From IMG/VR virus record IMGVR_UViG_3300043571_000313, positions 9,810 to 73,809 of that record: DNA of 64,000 bases; one strand, 5' to 3'. The DNA is from a virus. The translations under genes and the position numbers were made by a program. The notes beneath the pieces are model-generated. The model searched no databases. It was not told where the DNA came from and saw only the letters and a program-made list of their open reading frames with translations. Each line of letters opens with the position of its first letter. The stretch's first letter is position 1. Positions 45,571 through 54,228 of this stretch are shown piece after piece.

Positions 45571-46524
45571 GTGCAGGAAGGACACGAAGTTCCGCAAGCT
45601 GCAGGCGAGGGAAGCGCAGCTGGCCAACCGAAAGGTGCCGAGCCGCAGCCAAGTGAGCGCGGCGTGGGCGAAGGTGGTGAAAGCTTATTGGGACTGGGCG
45701 AACCTGGAGGTAGCGGAGCTCTACACGAAGCAGGACTTGGAGGAGGTAAGAGCGCAGATGCGGAAGCGGAAATTGTTTCTGCAGAAGACGGCGACGGCGA
45801 ACCTGATTCACCGGCTCCGGCAAACCCTGGGCGGAAGGTTTCGGAAACTGGCCATTCCGACCGTCGCGCTCTCACCGATGCCCAAATCGTTCGGGCCCTC
45901 GAGCTCTGCAACTACGACTTCACCCTTGCCGGAAAAGTCCTCGGGACAACCGGCGAGCGGCTGAGGATCCGCGCCAAGAAAAGCGCCAAGCTGGCCGCGC
46001 TACTCGACCGAACACCCGGCGCGCCGCCCGCCCCGACCGATATGGTTTACCGGAAGCCGCCGGCCGAGCCGCCGGTGATCGCCGAGAACACGGCGCTTGG
46101 TGAGCAGCTGCTCAAGGTGAACCGCGAGATCCTGCGCAATGGCCTGGAGAAAGCCGGCATCCAGAAGTCGACCATTGAAAAGCTGCGCGCGTTCGACGGT
46201 TTTGCACCCAACGCTGGCGAGTTCCTGATCTCTGCTCTCGATCTGACCCACCGCTCGATGGTGTTCCTGTCCGTTCACCTCCTCGAAGAGGCCCAGCGCA
46301 TCAAGACGGACTACCTCGACGACGAAACCCTCGAGCACGAATACAAGATTCAGTGGCAGAGCGCCTACAACGACATCGTTGAGCAGATCGGCAAGTGCTA
46401 CGACCGCACTCTCACTGGCACGCAGGCGATGGCGAAGATGATCGGGACCGATCAGCCGGACAAAAAGAAGAAAAAGCCCGGGTTCAAAGAGCTGAAGCGG
46501 GTCGAACCTACCAAGAATGGTTAA
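45571..46524 (+). CDS. putative terminase small subunit (start uncertain)
   Basis: Fis-like HTH (IVRALELCNYDFTLAGKVLG), basic C-terminus; overlaps the terL start. Confidence 0.55.
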   Translation: MQEGHEVPQAAGEGSAAGQPKGAEPQPSERGVGEGGESLLGLGEPGGSGALHEAGLGGGKSADAEAEIVSAEDGDGEPDSPAPANPGRKVSETGHSDRRALTDAQIVRALELCNYDFTLAGKVLGTTGERLRIRAKKSAKLAALLDRTPGAPPAPTDMVYRKPPAEPPVIAENTALGEQLLKVNREILRNGLEKAGIQKSTIEKLRAFDGFAPNAGEFLISALDLTHRSMVFLSVHLLEEAQRIKTDYLDDETLEHEYKIQWQSAYNDIVEQIGKCYDRTLTGTQAMAKMIGTDQPDKKKKKPGFKELKRVEPTKNG

Positions 46525-48217
46525 GTTACACCCCCAAGTATTCGAAGAGCTGGGCAAAAAGCTTCGCGAGGTTGAGCCACCGCCGCCCTCAAAGAAGAAA
46601 CGCGGCCGCGCAAGCGATGATGACGGCTGGTCGCCACTACTGACCCCCAAGCAGCAGGAGGCATTCGATTCGCCGGCCCGGTACATCCTGGCCGATGGCG
46701 AAAAAGGGTCGGGGAAAACGATTGGCCTGCTGCACAAGATGGTGCGCCACTGCTACGAGAACGAGAACGCTCTCGGGCTGATTCTCGTGCGCGTGAAGTC
46801 CATGGCGACCAAGGGTGGCGCGTGGGACAAGTTGATCGGGCACATTCTGCCCAGGTGGAAGGAGGGTAACATCGAGCCTCCGTTCACCGAGCGCGGCGGA
46901 AAGCTGGTCCCGAACCCCAAGGCCGGGCAGCGCATCGATGAAGGACTCGGGCTGGAGTATTCAGACGTCAAGTACGACTCCCAGCACAACGAATATATCT
47001 GGGTGGAGAACCGCCACGGCGGCTGGTCGATGATCGTTTTGGTGTCCGCGCCGCACGCGAACCAGCTGCGTGACCGGATGCGCGGCTATGAGCCATCGAT
47101 CGCACTCGTCGACGAGCTCACGTCCTGCGACTCCATCGAGTACCTGCGCGCCGTCGCCATCCAGATCGGCCGCCGCGAAGGCATCGAGGGTCCTCAGCAG
47201 TATATGGCGGCCTGCAATCCTGAAGGTCCGTCCCATTGGGTGCACAAAACATGGTTCGAAGAGGCTTACGACCCGGTCGCCGACCGATGGGACCTAGATT
47301 ACCACCGAATCCACGTCCCCGTCGCAGACAACCGGGTTAATCTGCCGGCCGGCTACATCGAAAACCTTGAGAAGCTCTACAAAAACGACCCAGTCGAAGC
47401 CGCACGCATGCTTCGCGGTGAGTGGATCGACCGCCCAAGCGGAGAAGCCCTGTTTCGTGACGTATTCGTGGCCGGAATTCACATTCGACCGCCCCTTCCG
47501 ACCATAGAACGCATCTATCCCGAGCCAAACTTTCCCATCATCATCGGTATGGACCCCGGCTCGGTGAACAACGCCTTCATTTTCATGCAGTGGGTGCTGC
47601 ATGAAGGCGCGATGCGTTGGGTGGTTTTCGACGAGATGGTCTATGTTCAGCGGCGCATTCCCTACCCGATCCTCGTGCCTGCATTTCTGCGCCGGCTCAA
47701 GTTTTGGAACGACTTCACCTTCGGTAGGAACGTCGATGGGCCACGGAAACGCTTCCCTGTGGTGTATTGCTCAGACAATTCGGCGTTCAATCAATTCCGT
47801 GCCACTGGCGGAAGCTACGATGTTCTGGATTTCGAGAAGATCGCGAACGACCGGGCAGAAGGCCGCACCCCACTACATCAGCAGCTCGGCCTGGCGCGCA
47901 TGAAGGTGGTTGCGGCACCAAAGTTTCAGGGTTCGGTGCGGGCGCGTACCCGCCTGGTTATGGATCTGCTTGGCTCAGAGAACCTGATCATCTCTGCCGG
48001 GTGCCTGCATACGATCAACATGTTCAATAAGCTCGAGTCGGAGCCCCAAAAGCAGAACAGCCCATTCGATCCCGATCTTGCGATGACGCCACGGCGCTCG
48101 ATCCATGTCCACCCCTACGATGCGATGTGCAACCCAATCCTTACGTCGACGATCTCGCCGCAGCTGCTCACCCCACCCCCCGAGGGATCGCAAGAACTCT
48201 TTACCATCGGCTCTTGA
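46517..48217 (+). CDS. terL: terminase large subunit
   Basis: GEKGSGKT Walker A, LVDE Walker B, ACNP, LRGEW, IGMDPG nuclease motif, HPYDA. Confidence 0.92.
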   Translation: MVKLHPQVFEELGKKLREVEPPPPSKKKRGRASDDDGWSPLLTPKQQEAFDSPARYILADGEKGSGKTIGLLHKMVRHCYENENALGLILVRVKSMATKGGAWDKLIGHILPRWKEGNIEPPFTERGGKLVPNPKAGQRIDEGLGLEYSDVKYDSQHNEYIWVENRHGGWSMIVLVSAPHANQLRDRMRGYEPSIALVDELTSCDSIEYLRAVAIQIGRREGIEGPQQYMAACNPEGPSHWVHKTWFEEAYDPVADRWDLDYHRIHVPVADNRVNLPAGYIENLEKLYKNDPVEAARMLRGEWIDRPSGEALFRDVFVAGIHIRPPLPTIERIYPEPNFPIIIGMDPGSVNNAFIFMQWVLHEGAMRWVVFDEMVYVQRRIPYPILVPAFLRRLKFWNDFTFGRNVDGPRKRFPVVYCSDNSAFNQFRATGGSYDVLDFEKIANDRAEGRTPLHQQLGLARMKVVAAPKFQGSVRARTRLVMDLLGSENLIISAGCLHTINMFNKLESEPQKQNSPFDPDLAMTPRRSIHVHPYDAMCNPILTSTISPQLLTPPPEGSQELFTIGS

Positions 48218-48241
48218 CTCTACATTTTGTTACACAAAAAG
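48214..48241 (+). promoter_or_regulatory. promoter/operator candidate
   Basis: TTGACT-N3-CATTTT-N7-AAAAAG, same layout as 45099. Confidence 0.5.
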
Positions 48242-48261
48242 GCGGGCAACACCTCATCACC

Positions 48262-48549
48262 ATGGATTATCCGAAACCGCAGCGCCTCTCGATCGACCTT
48301 GAGCGAAACGAAGACCTAGCCCGGATCGTCGCCGACGTGGAGCCGGGCGAAACCCTGCGCGCCACCCTCCTCGTTGTTCACACCTCTGACAAGACCCTCG
48401 AAGTCGAGGTGCAAGAGGTCGATGCGCCCGAAGGCGTCGAGGTTGAGGACGTCGAGGAAGTCGATGATGAGGGTGAGGATGAGGTTGAGAGTGCAGGCGG
48501 CGCCTACGATTCCCCGGCGATGAAAGTGATGCGTGGAAACAAAGGCTAA
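48262..48549 (+). CDS. acidic hypothetical protein
   Basis: MDYPKPQ start, Glu/Asp-rich tail. Confidence 0.6.
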   Translation: MDYPKPQRLSIDLERNEDLARIVADVEPGETLRATLLVVHTSDKTLEVEVQEVDAPEGVEVEDVEEVDDEGEDEVESAGGAYDSPAMKVMRGNKG

Positions 48550-49036
48550 TTTTGGGCCAATCCTGCCCAACCGAAAATCGCGGTTCACCACGCCGGCCAG
48601 CCTGCGGATCGACCTCCACTATGCCCGCATCGGAGTCATTGCACGCTGGGACTGGGAACGATTCACGCGCCTTGCTCTCTTCCTCAATTACACGCCCGAG
48701 GAAATGGCTTCGCTCATCTGCCTCCAGCACTCGCACCTCCATGGCATCCGCGAGCGAAACATTTTCCCAGGTCCAGCGGCGCTGCTGCTGACCCTCGTCG
48801 AAGCGCAGGTGCTCAAGGGCATCTCCTACGACATCATCTCCAACCCGCTACCAAATGATTCACCGCAAAGTCCTCGAAAAGACGGGGTGCACGACGGCCC
48901 GCCTGAAGCAGATCTTCACGGCAACGGAGGGGGCCGACCTGAAAATCAGGAAGCGGTTCGAGGACCGGATCATGTCCCGAATCACGGACGGGGTGCAGGC
49001 GGGATTGAAAGGGGCGCCGATCTGGCAGGCGGTTGA
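48533..49036 (+). CDS. hypothetical protein (HTH-like), 3' end overlaps portal
   Basis: GTG start; TPEEMASLI...FPGPAALLL. Confidence 0.5.
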   Translation: METKANFGPILPNRKSRFTTPASLRIDLHYARIGVIARWDWERFTRLALFLNYTPEEMASLICLQHSHLHGIRERNIFPGPAALLLTLVEAQVLKGISYDIISNPLPNDSPQSPRKDGVHDGPPEADLHGNGGGRPENQEAVRGPDHVPNHGRGAGGIERGADLAGG

Positions 49037-51143
49037 CATCGCATGGGACTCGACGCCCATCCAGAAGCAGACGATTCCGCTCCTGCTTTGGGCTCAAGGC
49101 AAGATCACCGATGGCGGTTTGGTTGAGCAGCTGAAAAAGTTGCAATGCGCAACGGAGTTTGTGCGCAACATCGAGGTGAAGGACTCGGAAGGGAAAGTCA
49201 CAGGCAGCGAAATGAAGATCGACGTTCCGCGCCTCTACGAAATGTCGATCAACCTGATCCGATCGTACATCACCCGCCGGCTCGCGTCGCAGACTGCGCG
49301 TTTCTCAAATCTTTGGCCGTACTTCCGCTATGAGCCACGCGGCGTGGACCTAGTTTCCAAGCTGCGTGCCGATTCGCTGTCGGAGCGCATGGATGTGATG
49401 GCCAATCATTACAACTACCGGCATTTTTTCCCGCAGACGTTCCGGCATCAATTCCTCTATTCGCGGTCGGTCGTTTTCCCGCGTTGCGCATGGGACCAGG
49501 TGAAGTCCTGGCGTGCGAAAGACATCACGCAGCCAGTGGACAAGCTCGAGCTCGAGTCTTACGTCGAGCGCGAGGGGATCGACTTTACCGCGCCCCATGT
49601 GTCTCGCGTTTTCTGGGACCGATCGGCGCCGTTGGCGAACATCAACACCGACACCGGCCCGAGCTACATCGGTTATTGGGACGTGGTCCCGTACCGCTCG
49701 ATCAAGTCCGGCGAGTATTGGAACTGCGACGCCATCTCCGTTGGCTCTGAACTGACCGAATTGGTCGACCGATACAGCGGGTTCTTCACGCAGTATTTCG
49801 ACCCCAAAATCCTGAAGTGGCCGGATCTAACGGCCGATCCAACGTCCACGAATGACCGTCGCCGCAATGTTGGGAAGTATGCTGCGGTCGACGATGACAA
49901 GGGGTGCCTGCAGACTCAGTATTTCGAAAAGATTAACCCCAAGCACGAAAGCATCGCCGACCTCAATGTCGACGTGTGGGTGCGACTCGGCGTCGCTGGA
50001 GACAACACAGTAGTCGCAGGCGAGTTCCTGACTTCTCTCCCGGCGTGCTACGGCGGCCTTAACGAAAACGATGACCGTGAGATCAATGCGTCGATGGCGA
50101 CGGAACTGATGTCGTTCCAAGACCAGCTGACCAACATTTTCAGCCAGATGCTCATGAACATCCGGGCTGGCATGCTGCAAATCTGGGCGATCGACAAGGA
50201 CGCGCTGGAGCCGGAAATGATCGAGTACGTGAAAAACACGCTGAAGTCGAAAGACTACTACGTGGAACCGAAGGCGTTCTTCTACTCGGGAGAGAAGCTG
50301 CGGAATCTCGGCGTTACGAACCCGACCGACAACGGCCGCGCGTTCCTGAGCATCATCCAGGCAAACATACAGACCACAATCGCCGAGTCGATGAAGGCGG
50401 CGATGGCAGTCCTGCAGATGGCGGACAAGCTGCTAATGTTCTCGCCAAACGAATCGGCCCAGCCAAATCCCCGCGAGGTCGCAGCCCGCGAGATCACGGA
50501 AATCTCCACCTCGACCGACGCAATCAAGACGTTCGTGTCTGACGGCATCGACGAGCAGCGTGCCGCGATCAAAAGAATGTGCTACGAGTCGCTGGTCTGC
50601 GAGTCGAACGATACCATGAAGCTGCAGGTGATGGATCGCTACACCGCCGCAACGGTGCGCGAAGCTGGCTTCGAGGTGAAGGGTACGTGGCGGGATGGAG
50701 AGATCCTCCCGCTCAAGACGCCTATCTATGGACAGGTCCATAACCTTGTTTACGACTACTACTACGACTCGCGCGACGGCGGCGACCGGCCAGTGAACTC
50801 GCAGGGCGCGAACGTCATGGCGACACTGCTCGGCCAGTTCATGCAGGTCGAGTCGATCGCCAAGGCGTTCGGAAAAAAGCGCCTGTTTGAGTGGGCAAAC
50901 GAGATCGCCCGCATGTCGGGGGCGCCGACCGATCTCAAGCTGGAGCTCGACGAAAACGAGCCCGAAAGCATTTCCACCGACAGCGAGCTCGCCGACCGAA
51001 TCGCCAAGATAGAGGCGTTCCTTGGCGAGATTCAGAAGATGCTCTCTCCGCAGCCTGCGCAGCCCGCGCAGCCTGCGCAGCCCGCCGGCCCCCCGCCGGC
51101 CGATGGCACCGCCGCGCCCCCCGCCGCGCTCGCTGCTGCCTGA
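48855..51143 (+). CDS. portal protein (putative)
   Basis: 762 aa after terL; P22-like size, AAREI (TAxE-like) motif, Gln/Pro tail. Confidence 0.7.
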   Translation: MIHRKVLEKTGCTTARLKQIFTATEGADLKIRKRFEDRIMSRITDGVQAGLKGAPIWQAVDIAWDSTPIQKQTIPLLLWAQGKITDGGLVEQLKKLQCATEFVRNIEVKDSEGKVTGSEMKIDVPRLYEMSINLIRSYITRRLASQTARFSNLWPYFRYEPRGVDLVSKLRADSLSERMDVMANHYNYRHFFPQTFRHQFLYSRSVVFPRCAWDQVKSWRAKDITQPVDKLELESYVEREGIDFTAPHVSRVFWDRSAPLANINTDTGPSYIGYWDVVPYRSIKSGEYWNCDAISVGSELTELVDRYSGFFTQYFDPKILKWPDLTADPTSTNDRRRNVGKYAAVDDDKGCLQTQYFEKINPKHESIADLNVDVWVRLGVAGDNTVVAGEFLTSLPACYGGLNENDDREINASMATELMSFQDQLTNIFSQMLMNIRAGMLQIWAIDKDALEPEMIEYVKNTLKSKDYYVEPKAFFYSGEKLRNLGVTNPTDNGRAFLSIIQANIQTTIAESMKAAMAVLQMADKLLMFSPNESAQPNPREVAAREITEISTSTDAIKTFVSDGIDEQRAAIKRMCYESLVCESNDTMKLQVMDRYTAATVREAGFEVKGTWRDGEILPLKTPIYGQVHNLVYDYYYDSRDGGDRPVNSQGANVMATLLGQFMQVESIAKAFGKKRLFEWANEIARMSGAPTDLKLELDENEPESISTDSELADRIAKIEAFLGEIQKMLSPQPAQPAQPAQPAGPPPADGTAAPPAALAAA

Positions 51144-51149
51144 TAGTTT

Positions 51150-52559
51150 ATGTCCACCCCCGCCGACACCACCACGCCGCCGGCTTCCGCGCCGGCAGCT
51201 CCCGCAGGTAACGCAAGTCCTGCTGCCGAAGAAACCGATCCGACGCTACGGCTGCTGTTCGACGCCGCCGAGAGCGAGAAGCCAGATCCCAGCGCCAGCA
51301 CCGACGTTCTCGTAGGCAAGTCGCTGATTCAGACTATTGACGAGCCGGCGGGAGAACCACCTCCTGCGCCGCCAAAGCCGGAAGACAAAAAGCCCGCAGC
51401 CGACGCGCCGCCGAAGCCGGAAGACAAGCCCATCAAGATTCGCCGCACGGCGAAGCAGGAGCCGCCTGCGCCGCCGCCCCCGCCGCCCGCACCCAAGGAT
51501 GAACCGAGGCCAAAGGAGAAGTCGGAGTACGAGAAATTCGAGGAGACGTTGATCGACGAAGAGCGCGACCAGCTTGATGTCGCCCGCTTTGCCGAGTCAA
51601 AAGATCCGGGCAAGTACAAGGGATTAGCCTCAAGGACACTGACGTTTCTCAAGGCGCATCAGGAATACCTTGAAAAGAATCCCCAAGCAACGGAGCCGGA
51701 CAGCGAAGCCGCCGAAAAGTATCAGGAGTGGCTCGGGAAGAACACCATCACATTGCCGCCGCGCGAAATGCGCATGCTCGAGCGCGAGATGATCGCCGAG
51801 GTGACCCGCGAGAAGGTCGCGAAAGAGACTGACTCAAAGCTCAGTGAAATCCATGATGAGAATTTCAGGCGCGACAAGGAGCCTGAGATTCGGCGCGAGG
51901 TCGATGATTTCTTCAACAAGACCGCGCAAGCCGCGATCCCACCGGAGTTCGCTGCCATGGCACGCGAGAAGGGAATTGAGGAAGCGAAGAAAGCATTTCC
52001 CACCGAGTTCCGCGTCGCCTCCGAGGTGCTGACCGAGACGGCTGGCGAAGTCGAAGAATTCCGCCGGCTCACGACCATTAACCCGCGCACCGGCCGGCCG
52101 CTCGCCGCCTACGACCCGAACAGCCCGAAGCACGCCAAGATTGTTGCCTTCATCCGTGAGCAATGCGACTGGTTCAAAAATGGCGTACCTGGCGAGAATG
52201 AAGACCAGCGCACTGCGCGCGTCCGCGCTCAGAATCAGGGAGGCAAGCAATTCCTCACGCGCGACGAGTATTACTCGATGTCGATCGACCAGCGCGGCCC
52301 GTACTGGACGTTCACGCCCGAGCAGGTAGTCGCGATGCAAACCGAAGTCGCCAAGAGGCGGATCTCAGATCGGGTGAAGCAAGAATACTCGATGCGCGAA
52401 TCCGAGGGCTGGGTCCGTCGACCGGCTCAGTCGGCAGCTCCCGAGCAACGGCCGGCCGGCGCCCCGCCTGCCCCTCGTCCCTCACCCATGCCGGGCGGAT
52501 CTCCTGCGCCCGAGCTACCTGATCGCACCTTCGAACTGCTCGTCGGCGGCGCGTTGTGA
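51150..52559 (+). CDS. scaffolding protein (putative)
   Basis: Pro-rich N-terminus, charged helical body; between portal and capsid. Confidence 0.55.
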   Translation: MSTPADTTTPPASAPAAPAGNASPAAEETDPTLRLLFDAAESEKPDPSASTDVLVGKSLIQTIDEPAGEPPPAPPKPEDKKPAADAPPKPEDKPIKIRRTAKQEPPAPPPPPPAPKDEPRPKEKSEYEKFEETLIDEERDQLDVARFAESKDPGKYKGLASRTLTFLKAHQEYLEKNPQATEPDSEAAEKYQEWLGKNTITLPPREMRMLEREMIAEVTREKVAKETDSKLSEIHDENFRRDKEPEIRREVDDFFNKTAQAAIPPEFAAMAREKGIEEAKKAFPTEFRVASEVLTETAGEVEEFRRLTTINPRTGRPLAAYDPNSPKHAKIVAFIREQCDWFKNGVPGENEDQRTARVRAQNQGGKQFLTRDEYYSMSIDQRGPYWTFTPEQVVAMQTEVAKRRISDRVKQEYSMRESEGWVRRPAQSAAPEQRPAGAPPAPRPSPMPGGSPAPELPDRTFELLVGGAL

Positions 52560-53455
52560 TCCAGCGCATCCCATCGGTGATGGAGCAGGGCATCAACGCC
52601 CGCTTCATCACCCATGCCGATTGTACGACCCGAAACTACAATTCAGGGATGGCAGTGGTTGGAGGCAAGACGTACCTCGCCACACGGTACTTCAACCGTG
52701 CGGCATGGCGCTGCGACATCGTCATCAATGAGCTTAACGGAATGGAGGCGAAGCCGGTTACTCAGCTCAAGCTGCCGCGCGCGCACGGGCGCGAGTGGCA
52801 CGAGGATGCCCGCCTGTTTTGGCACGCAGGGAAACTTTACTGCGCCTACACCGAGGGCCAATACTGGATGCGGCCATGGGTGGCGGTGCAGAAGCTCGCC
52901 GTGCTGCGTGAAGACTGGAGCGTAGAGCGCGTCGTCACGATCGGCTTTGGTGAGAACAGCGTCGGCCAGGAGAAAAACTGGCAGTTCTTTTCGCACAATG
53001 GGCACCTCCACTTCGTCTATTCGATCGCACCGACTCATTGCGTTGTCGCGCTCGACGACGATTACATGGTCATTGGGGCGCACCAGACTGAAAGCGGGCT
53101 CAAGCTCCCGCTGCGCGGCGGAACCCCGCCGCGCAGGTTCGGTGATTGTTACTTCACCTTCCCTCACTTCCACGTTGAGCACGAGGGCCACGCCCGCCGC
53201 TACGCATTCTCCGCGCTCACCTTCGAAGCGAAGCCACCGTTCCGAGTTGAGGGGGTGACGGAGCCGCTGATCTGGGGGAGCGAGCACGATGGCGTGATCC
53301 TTAACGCCGCGTACCCACACTGGAATCCGCTCGTCGTCTTTCCCTGCGGCGCCCTCCTCGACGGTGACACATGGATGGTCAGCGCTGGGGTGAACGACTC
53401 GTTCGATGCCCTCTTCTTCATCGACAATGACGACCTCAAATTCCTCTCCGCGTAA
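52556..53455 (+). CDS. five-bladed beta-propeller glycoside hydrolase-like protein
   Basis: YNSG, EDARLF, EKNW, LRGGTP, VVFPCGA...SAGVND. Confidence 0.75.
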   Translation: MIQRIPSVMEQGINARFITHADCTTRNYNSGMAVVGGKTYLATRYFNRAAWRCDIVINELNGMEAKPVTQLKLPRAHGREWHEDARLFWHAGKLYCAYTEGQYWMRPWVAVQKLAVLREDWSVERVVTIGFGENSVGQEKNWQFFSHNGHLHFVYSIAPTHCVVALDDDYMVIGAHQTESGLKLPLRGGTPPRRFGDCYFTFPHFHVEHEGHARRYAFSALTFEAKPPFRVEGVTEPLIWGSEHDGVILNAAYPHWNPLVVFPCGALLDGDTWMVSAGVNDSFDALFFIDNDDLKFLSA

Positions 53456-54125
53456 CGACTATGGAACGGTGCATCAGCTGCGCTTCCAGCTCAGTCTGGA
53501 TTGGCTCGCGCCGCACCTCGGGCCAAAGGTGCGCTTGCTTGAGCTTGGCGGCACGTCGCCATTCTCAAGCATGATAATTCCGCGCGTCGGAGGCTATCAC
53601 GGAGCGCCAGAAGACCTGCGCGGCAAGATCCAGCGGGAGGGCGAGCTTTATGACCTCGTGCTTTGCATGGAGGTGATCGAGCACATCGCCGACACGGACG
53701 GCCTGCACACCGAATGGCAGGGCGACGGCGCGCGGAACATGCTGCGTGAGACATTCCGCGTGTTGAAGCCTGGTGGGCTGCTGTTCCTCACGACGCCAAA
53801 CGCCGCCAGCATTACAGCGATTCATCATGCACTGCAGCTGGGGCCACCAATGATCTACCGCCCTCACGTCCGCGAGTATGCACCGTATGAGCTCGATGTG
53901 CTGGTACGCGCCGCCGGCTTCGTGATTGAGCGCCGCGAGACGATCGACACCTGGCGAAATGCTATAACTCCACGTCGCCACACTGACATAAAAAACTTCA
54001 TATACCAGGCAGGATTCCCGTCAGAATTGCGCGGCGAGGACATATTCCTGCTCGCCCGCAGGCCCATTTTAGAATCAGAGAAACCCCACGATCCCATTTT
54101 AGAATCGGCGAAAGTAGGCCCATAA
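53427..54125 (+). CDS. class I SAM-dependent methyltransferase
   Basis: LLELGG, YDLVLCMEVIEH, RVLKPGGLLFLTTPN, HVREY. Confidence 0.85.
   Translation: MTTSNSSPRNDYGTVHQLRFQLSLDWLAPHLGPKVRLLELGGTSPFSSMIIPRVGGYHGAPEDLRGKIQREGELYDLVLCMEVIEHIADTDGLHTEWQGDGARNMLRETFRVLKPGGLLFLTTPNAASITAIHHALQLGPPMIYRPHVREYAPYELDVLVRAAGFVIERRETIDTWRNAITPRRHTDIKNFIYQAGFPSELRGEDIFLLARRPILESEKPHDPILESAKVGP
54063..54106 (+). repeat. 14-bp direct repeat CCCATTTTAGAATC (30-bp period) upstream of the capsid gene
   Basis: 54063-54076 and 54093-54106; shares 12 nt with the 25851 palindrome. Confidence 0.75.
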
Positions 54126-54228
54126 ACGGCACTTCGCCACAAAATAGCCTAAATTCGCAGGATTCAGGCAGCGGCATGGCCCGGCGTGTTACCTGTTGAG
54201 CGCTGTAACAACAACGTTCACCACACCC

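Noticed and set aside
51049-51083. CAGCCYGCG tandem repeat
   Set aside because: Encodes the low-complexity QPA tail of the portal
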